A stretch of 64,000 bases of DNA from Trichosphaerium sp. ATCC 40318 (taxonomy: Eukaryota; Protista; Tubulinea). A program made the position numbers and the translations under genes. Within the stretch, counting starts at the first letter, position 1. Every line of letters begins with the position of its first letter. The stretch is from assembly GCA_038496445.1 (NCBI GenBank), contig JALMLS010000138.1:124001-188000 (forward strand), given 5' to 3'. The notes below the pieces were generated by a model. The model worked only from the letters and a program-made list of their open reading frames with translations, had not been told where the DNA came from and ran no database searches. Of this stretch, positions 33,592-47,255 are shown one piece after another.

Positions 33592-35852
33592 ATGAATACA
33601 GCACTCAAAGGCTTGATTTTATTAACGTTCTTTGGGTTTGCGTCCACGTGAGTTAATTATTTGTCTTTTTGGGTTTTTTGTTGACTGAAACTATCTCTAG
33701 ACAGTCCTTTACGCCGAATAATGACCCGATACTGCGTCTTGGTGATAACACAAAATATATTACTTCTACTTATTCGTACTTTGGCGGTATTGTGTTAGAT
33801 GACAAGCACACATTCTCTACAAGTGTAGTTGGTACAATAGTAGAAAAATTTTTCTTGTAGCGAACGTCTGCAGTTTTTTAAAACACGTGACGGCCAAATA
33901 CAGAGATTTTACGGAAAAAGACAAGTATCTGTTTTAAATAACCGTAGTTCCTAGAGTTGATGTGTGTTAAATGTGACTTCATCAGAAACAGTACAATACA
34001 AATTAAAGGTAATTAGTAACTAGAATTAAATGGCTTTTTGAAATCTCAACACTGCCTTTAGGTAAAGCTGTTTTGGTTGATTTAAGATCTGAGACATGTA
34101 ATCATCGTTGTGATACTCGCTTTGGTTTGTACATTATTAAGACTATGAGAGATATGGGAGCGATCGCAGTTATTTTTGTGACTGGTACAGCTTACATTTC
34201 TTTACAAGTCTTAATTCTAATTTGGGATTAAGAACGTTTTGATAAGATAACAATACAACATCAAATGAGGAATGATATGGTTGTCGCCTTTATTAACAAT
34301 ACAACTGAAATATACTCCGAACCATCTAACGTTACTTTCTTGCCTTCAGACAGTCAATGTACGATATTTATTTATTTACCTATCAATTCTGTTTTTTTTC
34401 GCACAAAGAATGCAGCTGGTGTCGTCTCTGCCCTTCCTATTTTAGCAATAAAACGGCACAAGTAGATACAGCATCAGTATCGAATAAGCTTTATCACCAA
34501 AATTGCCGCTGTCCTTCATTACACGCAAGAATAGAATGACATTATCGGATTTTACTGCAATTACTAACTTTTCTTAGTTGTCAACCGATACAATGCATTC
34601 CTAAGCACAGAGCTTGCCTACATCTCTCTTTTTTCAGTCCTATTTGGCGTCTTGGCTATACTCGGGCTTTCAGCAACGATTATTCACATGTGGAAGCATG
34701 TGATCAAAAGAGTAAAGGATATTGTACGTGTAGGAGACATGTACCTTTTAACTTTAACTCTTGGTTTTGCAACACTATTTGCGCTATGTACGTTTGTACC
34801 TTATGTACAATGACTTTCTTACCTAACTTGTGTTAGTAAGGTTATTTATTCATGCCATTGACTATGGATCATATCAGGGAATAATATGTAAAACTACACG
34901 TGATTTAGTAGCTAGTATTGCAGATGTTTGTTTATCATGTGTTTACATTTTTGTGATAACGTACTGGTGCGTATAGTGCATCATCTCAACAGCTTACATA
35001 CCTTCCCCGTTTAACTCATTTCAAAAGGGGACAGTTGGCTACATTTTCGTCACAATTCTGGACACCATCACGTGTACTCAGAGTGGGCATTGTCGGCATT
35101 GTTGTATTCTGTACAATCACTATCATTTTATTTGTTGTTGGAAGTATCACAACTATAAGCCGCCCCACGGCAATAGCTGGATTTCTAAGTTTTGTGACAG
35201 GCTCAATACTTGTCATGTTTGTGGTACGAGCTTTTATAGTTTAGAATTGTGTAAGACGCTTTACGACTGTTTGAACCTTGAAATATGACATCATTTCGCC
35301 TAACTTTTTTTGTATCTTAACACTTATCCACCTTTACTTTTTTTTGTTTTTTATAACTCTGATGTATTAAGGGTATCGGTTCATTTATTCTATACAGAGT
35401 AAACATACTGATACGAAAATCAAATGGTGCCCGAAAACCAAGTGAATTATTTCTTAGAGTACGATGATGAACACTTTGGTGCTTTTTTATTGACTTTTTT
35501 TAAGATGAGTGTCTTTATCGCTATAGAATCGACTATTGGCGCCTTTTTTCTTATAAGTCAAATACTTCATTTATTTGTAAAATATGGTACAATACAAGGA
35601 TTTGAATTAAAGTACTGGGTTTGGGGCACATTAGAAGTTTTTCTCATTTTTTTCGTGATATTATTCTTGGGGTACTCTTTAAAACCTTTTGTTTATCTTT
35701 TATTCACATTTATTCACGTTTTATTCTCTTTTAGATTCCCAGACCTTGTTTGGTATTATAGAAGAAACAAAACAAAGGCGTCAGTGTCTTCGGTGGTAGA
35801 TATTCCTGCGTCGAAGCCTTCTTCTGTTACAGCAATAACAGATTCGTTGTGA
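33592..35852 (+). CDS. PA-domain plus 7-TM receptor-like protein, tandem copy 1
   Basis: Signal MNTALKGLILLTFFGFAS; PA-like C..IKGKAVLVDLRSETC..MRDMGAIAVIFV; seven hydrophobic helices across the spliced exons; Ser-rich tail ending ITDSL*. Confidence 0.75.
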
Positions 35853-36465
35853 TAAACTCTTTTTGCCAATTGTTTTATTGTACCTTTCAAATAAATGTTT
35901 GTATTCTATTGAACTTGTAATCACCGTAAAGTGCAGTTGAAACTTGAACTTGAAGGCTCAATAAGTTAACAGCCACAGTACAAACAATAGTACAACCTCT
36001 ATTGCTATCACGTCCTCAATCAGTTTTGCCTATTCTTATTTACAAGTACCTAAAAAACCACGCTATCAGTATGTTTACTCCAAAAATGTACGAACTTTTA
36101 GCTACTTTACATACACATGATGTCTTTGCTGCCAAATGGAGGAGTGGTGGAAAGAGGCTATGAACGTGGTAGTATGGGCGGCCTGAACGTCCGTTCCCAT
36201 GTTTGTGTTGAACGAGTACAAATAACATACTCAGATTCTATGAGGTAACCAACTCGTTAATAAAGCAGAGGGACAATAACCACTAAATTCATCGGGAATG
36301 GCCGCTGTTTGTTCTCATTTTCCTTGAGTTTTTAGGCCAGTATGAAACCACATACCCAATGTTGACTTTATTGTATTATGTGATTGATTACGTAATCCTT
36401 GTAATTTCATAGCGTCAACACTTTACCATTATATTACGTCACCGGGTATCTTAGAATCTGGACCA

Positions 36466-38695
36466 ATGAATACAGTACTCAAAGGATTGATTTTATTGAC
36501 GTTCTTTGGGTTTGCATCCACGTGAGTTAATAATTTATATTGTTTTGGTTCTGTTGACTGAAACTACCTCTAGAGTATCTTTTACGCCGAATAATGACCC
36601 TGTACTACGTCTTGGTGGTAACACAAAATATATTGCTTCTACTTACTCGTACTTTGGCGGTATTGTGTTAAATGACAAGCAAACAATCTCTACAACTGTA
36701 GTTGGTACAATAATAGAATTTTCTTTTTGCCTGCGTTTTTAAAACACGTGACAAGCCAAATACAGAGATTTTACAGAAAAAGACAAGTATCTGTTTTAAA
36801 TAACCGTCGTTCCTAGAGATGATGTGCGTTAAATGTGACTTCATCAGAAACAGTACAATACAAATTAAAGGCAAATAGTAACTATAATTAAATGGTTTTG
36901 AAATCTCAATGCTGCCTTTAGGTAAAGCTGTTTTGGTCGATTTAAGATCTGAGACATGTAATCATCGTTGTGATACTCGCTTTGGTTTGTATATGAGTAA
37001 AACTATGAGAGATATGGGAGCGCTCGCAGTTATTTTTGTGACTGGTACAGCTTACATTTCTTTACAACTCTCAATTCTAATTTTGGGTTAAGAACATTTT
37101 GACAAGATAAAAATACAACATCAAATGAGGAATGATATAGTTGTCGCCTTTATTAACAACACAACTGAAATATACTCCGAACCATCTAACATTACTTTCT
37201 TGCCTTCAGACAGTCAATGTACGATATTTATTTATTGACCTATCAATTCTATTTTTTTTGAATATCCAAAACAGATGTCGTCTCGTCCTTCCTGTTATTA
37301 TAGTAATGCGACGGCATAAGTATACGTAGTATCGTATCTAATAAGCTTTGGCACCAAAATAGTTGCTGTTCTTCATTACACGCAAGAATAGTAGTCGGAT
37401 TTTACTGCAATTACTAACTTTTCTTATAGTCGCCAACCGATACAATGCATTCCTAAGCACACAACTTGCCTACATCTCTCTTTTTTCAGTCCTATTTGGC
37501 GTCTTAGCTATTCTCGGCTTTTCAGCAACGATTATTCATGTGTGGAAGCATGTGATCAAAAGATTGAAGGATATTGTACGTGTAGGAGACATGTACCTTT
37601 TAACCTTAACTCTTGGTTTTGCAACACTATTTGCGCTATGTACGTTTGTACCTTATGTATAATGACTTTCTTACCTAACTTGTGTTAGTAAGGTTCTTTA
37701 TTCATGCCATTGACTATGGATCATATCAGGGAATAATACGTAAAAATACACGTGATTTAGTAACTAGTATTGCAGATATTTTTTTATCATGTGTTTACAT
37801 TTTTGTGATAACGTACTGGTGCGTATAAAGACTCATCAATCTTTATCAACGGCTTACATACGTTGTCTATTTAACTCATCACAAAAGGGGACAGTTGGCT
37901 ACATTTTCGTCACAATTCTGGACACCAACACGTGTACTCAGAGTGGGCATTGTCGGCATTGTTGTATTCTGTACAATCACTATCATTTTATTTGTTGTTG
38001 GAAGTGTCACAACTATAAACCGCTCCACGGCAATAGCTGGATTTCTAAGTTTTGTGACAGGCTCAATACTTGTCATGTTTGTGGTACGAGCTTTTATAGT
38101 TTAGAATTGTGTAAGAAGCTGTTACAAATGTTTGAATGGAATGACATTTCAACACTGATTAGCTCAACACTTATTCTCCTTCACTTTTTTCTTAATGATT
38201 CTTATGGTGTATATCAAGGGTATCGGTTCATTTATTCTATACAGAGTAAACATACTGATACGAAAATCAAATGGTGCCCGAAAACCGAGTGAATTGTTTC
38301 TTAGAGTACTATAATGAACACAACTTTTGTGACCTTATGACTTTTTTTTAAGATGAGTATCTTTATCGCTATAGAGTTGACTATTGGCGCCTTTTTTCTT
38401 ATAAGTCAAATACTTCATTTATTCTTAAAATATGGCACAATGCAAGGATTTGAATTAAAGTACTGGATTTGGGGCACATTAGAAGTTTTTCTCATTTTTT
38501 TCGTGATATTATTCTTGGGGTACTTTTTGTTTTTAGCCTTTTGTTTATCTTTTATTCACGTTTTATTTCTCTTTTAGATTCCCAGACCTTGTTTGGTATT
38601 ATAGAAGAAACAAAACAAAGGCGTCAGTGTCTTCGATGGTAGACCTTCCCAAGTCGAAGCCTTCTTCTGTTACAGCAATAACAGACTCGTTGTGA
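36466..38695 (+). CDS. PA-domain plus 7-TM receptor-like protein, copy 2
   Basis: Colinear, near-identical exons to copy 1. Confidence 0.75.
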
Positions 38696-39503
38696 TAAAC
38701 TTAACCCAGTTGTCTTACTGAACTTCCAAATAAATGTTTGTATTCTATTGAACTGTAATCACCATAAAGTGCAGTTGAAACTTGAAGTTGAAGGCTCAAT
38801 ATTTAGCAGTCACAGTACAAACAATAGTACAACCTCTATTGCTATCGCGCCCTCAAGCAGTTTTGCCTATTCTTATTTACAAGTACACGAGTACCAAATG
38901 TTCAAATATAGATTATGAAACTGGTGGAATATCCGTACCTCTGATCTTAATTAAACAAATCAACTTTAGCAAACGACTAATGATGGCAAGCGGCAAAATA
39001 CCCCTTTGATGTCCAAAATCTCTTTTACTTGTATGTTGTATTAAGTACAACATCAAGGTCTGCGAGAGCCACTAGACGTTGATGTCTTCCTCCCGATTGT
39101 GTATGTTGAGATGAGTAGGGGTTAGGGAATAAGAGGAGCTAACACAGTTCTTGAGGCTTGAACGTGCATAACTGCACTCATCTCCTATGAGGGAATGAAC
39201 ACGTTAAGAAAGCATATGTATTGGCAATAAACTAATATGTTCTGAAACACGGAGTATGCATACAAAGTTTGTTAGATGAATAACTTGTGTGAACAACACT
39301 GTGAGTAAGCAAGATTGGGTCGGAAGACTAACATCTTGGTGGTTCTAACGCCTCACGCATAAGTGTTTATATCTTCACCTACATTTACACGGTAGCGTTT
39401 TTAAGGGTGTTAATGAGGTTGGTCAGCAAAGTTCCTCAAACCCTGGAATTCGTGAGAATATTCCTAATTTCATAGCATCCACAGTACGTTACGATTTAGA
39501 CTA

Positions 39504-41619
39504 ATGAATACAGCACTCAAAGGAATGATTCTATTTACGCTCTTTGGGTTTGCTGCCACGTGAGTTAATTATTTGTCTTTTTGGGTTGTTTTGACTGAAA
39601 CTACCTCTAGAGTATCCTTTACGCCAAATAATGACTCAGTGCTACGTCTTGGTGGCACAAACTATATTACTTCTACTTACTCGTACTTTGGCGGTATTGT
39701 TCTAGATGACAAGCAAATATTCTCTACAAGTGTAGTTGGTACAATAACAGACGTTTTTGTCAAAGCACGTGACAAATGCAGATTTTTTACGAAACACAGT
39801 TGTTTGTTTTAATAACTGTCATTGTAGAGTTGGTATGCGTTAAATGCGACTTCATAAGAAACAATACAATACAAATTAAAGGTAATTGTAGTTGTTTGTT
39901 GTTGAAATTCTCATTGCTGCCCTAGGTAAAGCTGTTTTAGTCGATTTAAGATCTGAGACATGTAATTATCGTTGTGATACTCGCTTTGGTTTGTATATGA
40001 GCACGACTATGAGAGATATGGGAGCGATCGCAGTTATTTTTGTGACTGGTACAGCTTACATTTCTTTACAATTTTAATTCTAATTTGGGATTAAGAACGT
40101 TTTGATACGATAAAAATACAACACCAAATGAGGAACGATATGGTTGTCGCCTTTATTAAAAACACAACTGAGATATACTCCGAACCATCTAACGTTACTT
40201 TTATACCTTCAGACAGTCAATGTACGATATTTATTCAATTCAGTTTTTACTACTTTTTTTTTTGCCTACAAAGAAAACAGCTTTGCGTCGTTTGGCACGT
40301 ACGACGATACATAAACAGACATAGCGTCAGTATGTACTAAGATTTACCATTAAAGCTTGCTGTTGATATCTTACAATAATTGTTTTAATGCTATTAATAA
40401 CATTTGTGTTAGTTGTCAACCGATACAATGCATTCCTAAGTGTACAACTTGCATATATTGGTTTGTTTTCAACTCTATTTGGTATCTTGGCTATTCTCGG
40501 GTTTTCAGCAACGATTATTCATGTGTGGAAGCATGTGATCAAAAGATCAACGGATATTGAACATGTAGGAGACATGTACCTTTTAACCTTAACTCTTGGT
40601 TTTGCAACACTATTTGCGCTATGTACGTTGTACCTAATGTACAGTGACTTTCTGACTATATTTGTGGTAGTAAGGTTCTTTATTCATGCCATTGACTATG
40701 GATCATATCAGGGAATAATACGTAAAAATACACGTGATTTTGTAACTAGTATTGCAGATATTTTTTTGGCATCTGTTTACATTTTTGTGATAACATACTG
40801 GTGCGTGTGAAGTCCATCAATCTTTGTCCTTATCTGGCTTATATACCTTCTCTATTTAACTCATTTGAAAAGGGGACAGTTAGCTACTTTTTCATCACAA
40901 TTCTGGACACCAACACGTGTACTCAGAGTGGGCATTGTCGGCATTGTTGTATTCTGTACAATCACTATCATTTTATTTGTTGTTGGAAGTGTTACAACTA
41001 TAAAACGCCCTATGGCAATAGCTGGATTTCTAAGTATTGTTGCCACTTCAATATTTGTCATGTCTGTGGTACGAGGTTACCCAAACTGTGTATTGCAACT
41101 TTTTATCACTTCACTTTTTAATGATGACTTATGGTGTATATTAAGGGTATCGGTTCCTTTATTCTCTACAGAGTAAGCAAATTTATGCATAAATCAAATG
41201 GTGCCCGAAGACCAAGTGAATTATTTCTTAGAGTATGATGATGAACACAACTTTTGCATACATTTTTTTATTAACTTTTATTAAGATGAGTGTCTTTATC
41301 GCTGTAGAATCGGTTCTAGGCGCCTTTTATGTTATAAGTCAAATACTTCATATATTCTTAAAATATGGTACTATAAAAGGATTTGAATTAAAGTACTGGA
41401 TTTGGGGCACATTAGAAGTTTTTCTCATTTTTTTCGTGATATTATTCTTGGGGTACTCTTTAGCCTTGTTTATCTTTTATTCATGTTTTATTCTCTTTTA
41501 GATTCCCAGACCTTGTTTGGTATTATAGAAGAAACAAAACTGAGTCATTAGTTTCTTCGATGGTAGACGTTCCCACGTCGAAGCCTTTTTCTGTTACAGC
41601 AATAACAGACTCGTTGTGA
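39504..41619 (+). CDS. PA-domain plus 7-TM receptor-like protein, copy 3
   Basis: Colinear, near-identical exons. Confidence 0.75.
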
Positions 41620-41731
41620 TAAACTTGATTTGCCAATTGTTTACTGTAAATAAATGTTTGTATTCTACTGAACTTGTAATCACTGTAAAGTGCAGTTGAA
41701 GCTCGAACTTGAAGGCTCAATAAGTTAACAG

Positions 41732-42330
41732 AAAACTACAATCTCTAAACAAATACAGAAAACACGACACACAAAGGAAAAAACCAAAAAACTCCATACT
41801 ATACATAATACACCAACTGATATAGGTCACCAGCTTCAAAATGGTATGGTACCGGCTCACCAATGATGACACTATAGATGTGGTAGACAGGATACTGAAA
41901 CCCCAGCGACACCGCACCATGAATCTATTAGCATAGGACACAATGACTAATTGCTTGTAAAATGGCATGGTGGTGCACAGTAATTACCAGCAGACACAAC
42001 AAGAAAACCAAAAATACTGGATGACTGCTGGATATCTAAGTCGACTAAACCCTCAAGATACGAAGGCACAGATATGCACATCATCATCATATTCTCACGG
42101 AATGAGGCATAATTTGGCAGGATACAAGACGTTATCTTTAGGCTCAAGACCAACAACCTCATGCTAAACGAACGTCTAAATGGGATAGCTAAAAATAAAA
42201 ATTTCACCACACCAAACAAACTACCGTGATACGTGACAGGAATGGAAATGTACAACAACGATAGATGCGCCATTTGTAACAACCAATACACGCTGAGACA
42301 GTCATTCACTTAAACTATTGCGACCTGAAG
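41732..42330 (+). mobile_element. Degenerate non-LTR retrotransposon (LINE) 3' fragment
   Basis: IQDVIFRLKTNNLMLNERL...RCAICNNQ/AETVIHLNYC resembles the zf-RVT CCHC knuckle, with a stop and a frameshift. It begins where copy 3's 3' flank departs from the sister copies. Confidence 0.55.
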
Positions 42331-44083
42331 CTACCTAGTACAGAGTATTGCCACTAGAGAGTAGATCGTTGTGTTGTTTTGATCTCTTCGATTGTGAGTG
42401 CCAAGCCGCAATAAATGGCAAACTTGACAATTGAAAGAAAAGAAATCGCGCAAATAAAGTTAGAAGCGTTTACCGATTTGTATCTTAACAAGTGTCTTCT
42501 AGAAATAATCAGATGCACCAGAGTTTCCAAAAATCAAGTTGAAGCGATTAACAACAACTCTTGGAGTAGGCTCTTCCTGAAGTAAGTATTATAATAAATA
42601 CAAGTTAAGTACCTCAGGTAAGAAGCAACATGGACTGCAGAATATTATCACGCAAGACACATCTTCTAGTTGATGCCGAATAAATCCTTGAAAAAGGGTC
42701 AACAATGGTGAAGGTAAGGCTTGGAATGAAGACCTAAAAACCTCTTATTGCCGCCTTAGTTTTGCAAGAACTACAAGAACTCTTTTTGTGTTGGATGAAA
42801 GTTCGGTGACTACAAAGCCTCACAAAAAAATTACTTATCAACTGCGACGTACGTTAATCTCTTTTTACATTCATTCTGGTGGTCGTCAAGAAGGTAGAAG
42901 AAAGCGTCTAAATAATTGTGTGAAGATTTTTTTAAAATAAGAAGTAATATTACCTGTCACTTCCCTGTTATGTACAAGTTTATCATGTCTCCTAAATCTT
43001 GTAAAAGCGTCTGAGGATTGAGGCTTATTTGGAAACTTCTGTCGTAGAATATTGAGGTATGAAGTAACTTGTATAAATGTGCCGACGTTCTACCTTAACG
43101 ATGATGCTGAGTGAGATTGTTTTTTCTCTTTCCTTACCTTTGAGAACTAGTATACAGTCGCCGTAAACTACTTGCCTACTACATTAGATTCTCTTGAGTT
43201 AATAAAACCCCTTGGTAATTAGATCATGCTTCGGATACGCAATTGCTTCTACTGAACATACTAGGGAATTAGATAGTGACAAAGCCGCTAAGAAATTACA
43301 AAAGAGGGTCAAAGAAAAGGCTCACATGATACACCAGATCGAGCTATACAAGAAATAGTTGTGTAACAGAAGCGTCAACCACTCGAAGAAACTCAAGCGA
43401 GTAAAAGAAAGACTTGCAAACGACGGAGAAGGCTACCTGGTCAAGGAATTCACATAGCAACTACCACCAAAGGGGCAAACCCAGTTCGATGGAGAATCTG
43501 TTGTACTACAAAAGTAACACGGTTTGCGTCTGTATTTAAGCTCCCAAAAATAAACACAACAAATAGTATTAATTGTATCCATTTACACAAAAACACTAGT
43601 AAAAGCTAGTGTTATGTCCACAAATGAGCCAATTGGGTTTGACCTGAAATGATTACGCTATTTTTTTGTTGGGATTGTTTGTGCACATAGATAGCCCTAC
43701 CATAAATGCAAGCTATCCTATTGGTTTACCTTTGGGATTACTTTATGTAGTGGTAAGTGGAAAAAGTCACATGCTTGCTACTAGTCAGGAGTTACCTTTT
43801 AATACGTAGCTTAATACTAAATTGAAATAGCGCTCTTTCAGGTCCACTCCCTTGAACGCCTGTAACTTAGAAAGACTCAGGTTCTGTGAGGAATGAGAAA
43901 GCTAAGAAAGCATGCTTAGCTTGTTGGCGCAATAACAACCAAACTAATATGTTATGATAAACGGAGTAAACGTGATGCTGACTTTATTGTATTATGTGAT
44001 TGATTATATAATCCTTTTTGTAATTTCATAGCGTCAACACCTGCCATTGTATCATGTTACGAGATATCTTAGGATCTAGACTA

Positions 44084-46352
44084 ATGAATACAGCACTCAA
44101 AGGATTGATTCTATTTACGTTCTTTGGGTTTGTTGCCACGTGAGCTAATAATTTATTTGTCTTTTTTGTTTTCTTGACTGAAACTCTCTAGACAATCCTT
44201 TACGCCGAATAATGGCCCGGTAATACGTCTTGGTGATAACACAAAATATATTGCTTCTACTTATTCGTATTTTGGTGCTATTGTGTTGGATGACAAGCAC
44301 ACATTCTCTACAACTGTAGTTGGTACAATAATAGGTTTTTTTTTTTTTGCTTTTTTGTCAAAGCACGTGACAGCAAATCCAGATTTTACGAAAATAGGCA
44401 GGTGTTTGTTTTAACTAATTGTCGTTTGTAGAGTTGGTATGCGTTAAATGTGACTTCATCAGAAACAATACAATACAAATTAAAGGTAATTGTAGTTGTT
44501 TGTTGTAGACTCAACATTCCGCTTAGGCAAAGCTGTTTTGGTCGATTTAAGATCTAAGACATGCAATCATCGTTGTGATGCTCGCTATGGAATGTACATG
44601 AGCAAGACTATGAGGGATATGGGAGCGATCGCAGTTATTTTTGTGACTGGTACAGCTTACATTTCTAACTCTCATATCTAATTTTGGAGCTAGAACGTTT
44701 TGACAAGATAAAAATACAACACCAAATGAAGAACAATATGGTTGTCGCCTTTATTAAAAACACAACTGAAATATACTCCGAACCATCTAACGTTACTTTC
44801 TTGCCTTCGGACAGTCAATGTACGAAATTTATTTAATTCGGTTTTGCACCCTTCTCTTTTTTTTTTTGGTACAAAGAAAACAGCTTTGCGTCGTTTGTCA
44901 CTCTGTCAATTACATACGACGATACATAAACAGACGTACATCAGTATGTACTAAGATTAGCCTGTAAAGTTTGCTGTTGATATCCTTCATTTTAACATGC
45001 TATTAATAACATTTGTGTTAGTTGTCAACCGATACAATGCATTCCTAAGCGTACAACTCGCCTATGTCAGTTGGTTTTCAATTCTATTTGGTATCTTGGC
45101 TATTCTAGGGTTTTCAGCAACGATTATTCACATGTGGAAGCATGTGATCAAAAGATCAAAGGATATTGTACGTGTAGGAGACATGTACCTTTTAACCTTA
45201 GCACTTGGTTTTGCAACACTATTTGCACTATGTACGTTTGTACCTAATGTACCTACATATGCACAATGACTTTCTGATCGTATTTGTGTTAGTAAGATTC
45301 TTCATTCATGCTATTGACTATGGATCATATCAAGGAATAATACGTAAAAATACACGTGATTCTATAACTAGTATTGCAGATATTATTTTGGCATGTGTTT
45401 ACATTTTTGTGATAACATACTGGTGCGTATAAATACCGCGTCAATCGTTGCTCAACCTCACATACCTTCTCTATTTAACTCATTTCAAAAGGGGACAGTT
45501 GGCTACTTTTTCATCGCAATTTTGGACACCAACATATGTACTCAGAGTGGGCATTGTCGGCATTGTTGTATTCTGTACAATCACTATCATTTTATTTGTT
45601 GTTGGAAGTGTTACAACTATAAGCCGCTCCACGGCAATAGCTGGATTTCTAAGTATTGTTGCCACTTCAATATTTATCATGTTTATGGTACGAGCTTTTA
45701 TAATTTGCGATGTTATTCAAAACTGTTTGCCTTTTTATTTCATGTTCACCTTCACTTTTTTTAATGATTCTTATGGTGTATATTAAGGGTATCGGTTCCT
45801 TTATTCTCTACAGAGTGAATAAACTTATACAAAAATCAAGTGGTGCCCGAAAACCAAGTGAATTATTTCTTAGAGTACGATGATGAACACAACTTTTGTC
45901 TATTTTTTTTATCTATTAACTTTTATTAAGATGAGTGTCTTTATCGCTGTAGAATCGGACCTTTTATGTTATAAGTCTTGGGTACTGCCACATTTTATTT
46001 TTTTTATCTATTAACTTTTATTAAGATGAGTGTCTTTATCGCTGTAGAATCGACTCTTGGAGCCTTTTATGTTATAAGTCAAGCCCTTCATATATTTGTA
46101 AAATATGGTACTGTAAAAGGATTTGAATTAAAGTACTGGATTTGGGGCACATTAGAAGTTTTTCTCATTTTTTTCGTGATATTATTCTTGGGGTACTTTT
46201 TAGCCTCTTTTATTCATGTTTTATTCTCTTTTAGATTCCCAGACCTTGTTTGGTATTATAGAAGAAACAAAACAAAGGCTTCAGTGTCTTCAATCGTAGA
46301 CCTTCCTAAATTGAAGCCTTCTTCTGTTACAGTAATAACGGACTCATTGTGA
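44084..46352 (+). CDS. PA-domain plus 7-TM receptor-like protein, copy 4 (internal partial exon duplication at 45931-45981)
   Basis: Colinear, near-identical exons. Confidence 0.72.
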
Positions 46353-46495
46353 TAAACTTGATTTGCCAATTGGTTTATTGTACCTTTCAAATAAATGTTT
46401 GTATTCTATTGAACTTGTAATCACCGTAAAGTGCAGTTGAAACTTGAACTTTAAGGCTCAAAAGTTAACACCAAACTGCAACAATAATACAACCT

Positions 46496-46929
46496 CTATT
46501 GATACGCGCCCTCAATCAGTTTGGCCCTCTTTATTACAAGTACAAAACAAAATAGTATTAAATTGTCTCCTGTACTCCAGCAAACATTGAAGATACATGA
46601 TATCAAACATGTGCGTGAGCCTTGAACGCCCGTAACAAAAACGGACTCAGGTGTTTTTGTTAGGGTAAGCAAACATAACACTGATATTCGCCCTCCTGAA
46701 CAGTCTCTGTGAACTCCGGATCAAAATACCCAACTAAGTTATCTGTTTTTATCACGTGATATGGTACCAGAACAAACTTGCTGAGAAGATGATGAAGTAG
46801 TATGAGTACTGCCTCTACATAGAATTTTACTTCTGTTTTGTAGTCTTGACCAATATCATGAGCAACACTTGATACTGTCACGTGACAATCTAGCACTTGT
46901 TTTCGTAAACTAGGGCGTATATAGCGCAC
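46496..46929 (-). pseudogene. Best-preserved copy of an antisense companion gene vestige found in the receptor-array spacers
   Basis: TPESVFVTGVQGS..KRAKLIEGAYQ*. Related sequence at ~33390, 36000-36260, 38835-39210 and 43850-43910. Confidence 0.35.
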
Positions 46930-47255
46930 AATAACGGCAGGTACTGCAATAATATGAAGTAAAGTCTTAACCCTTTAAAAACATGGAAAATCGGTGGTAT
47001 ACAAAGGGAAATGCTCTGTGAGCGGCTATTAAGCACTGGGGTCTACACCGCTATCTGCTCACAGGAATACTTGCACTTGCGTGCATACCTGGTAACACAA
47101 TAGCAACCAAACAAACAAATATGTTATGATAAACGGAGTAAACGTGATGCTGACTTTATTGTATTATGTGATTGATTATATAATCCTTTTTGTAATTTCA
47201 TAGCGTCAACACCTGCCATTGTATTATGTTACGAGTTATCTTACGATCTAGACTA

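Noticed and set aside
35016-35216. Recurrent minus-strand ORF M..IE...LRNPAIA.. (five copies)
   Set aside because: Antisense shadow of the hydrophobic TM4-TM5 exon of the receptor genes.
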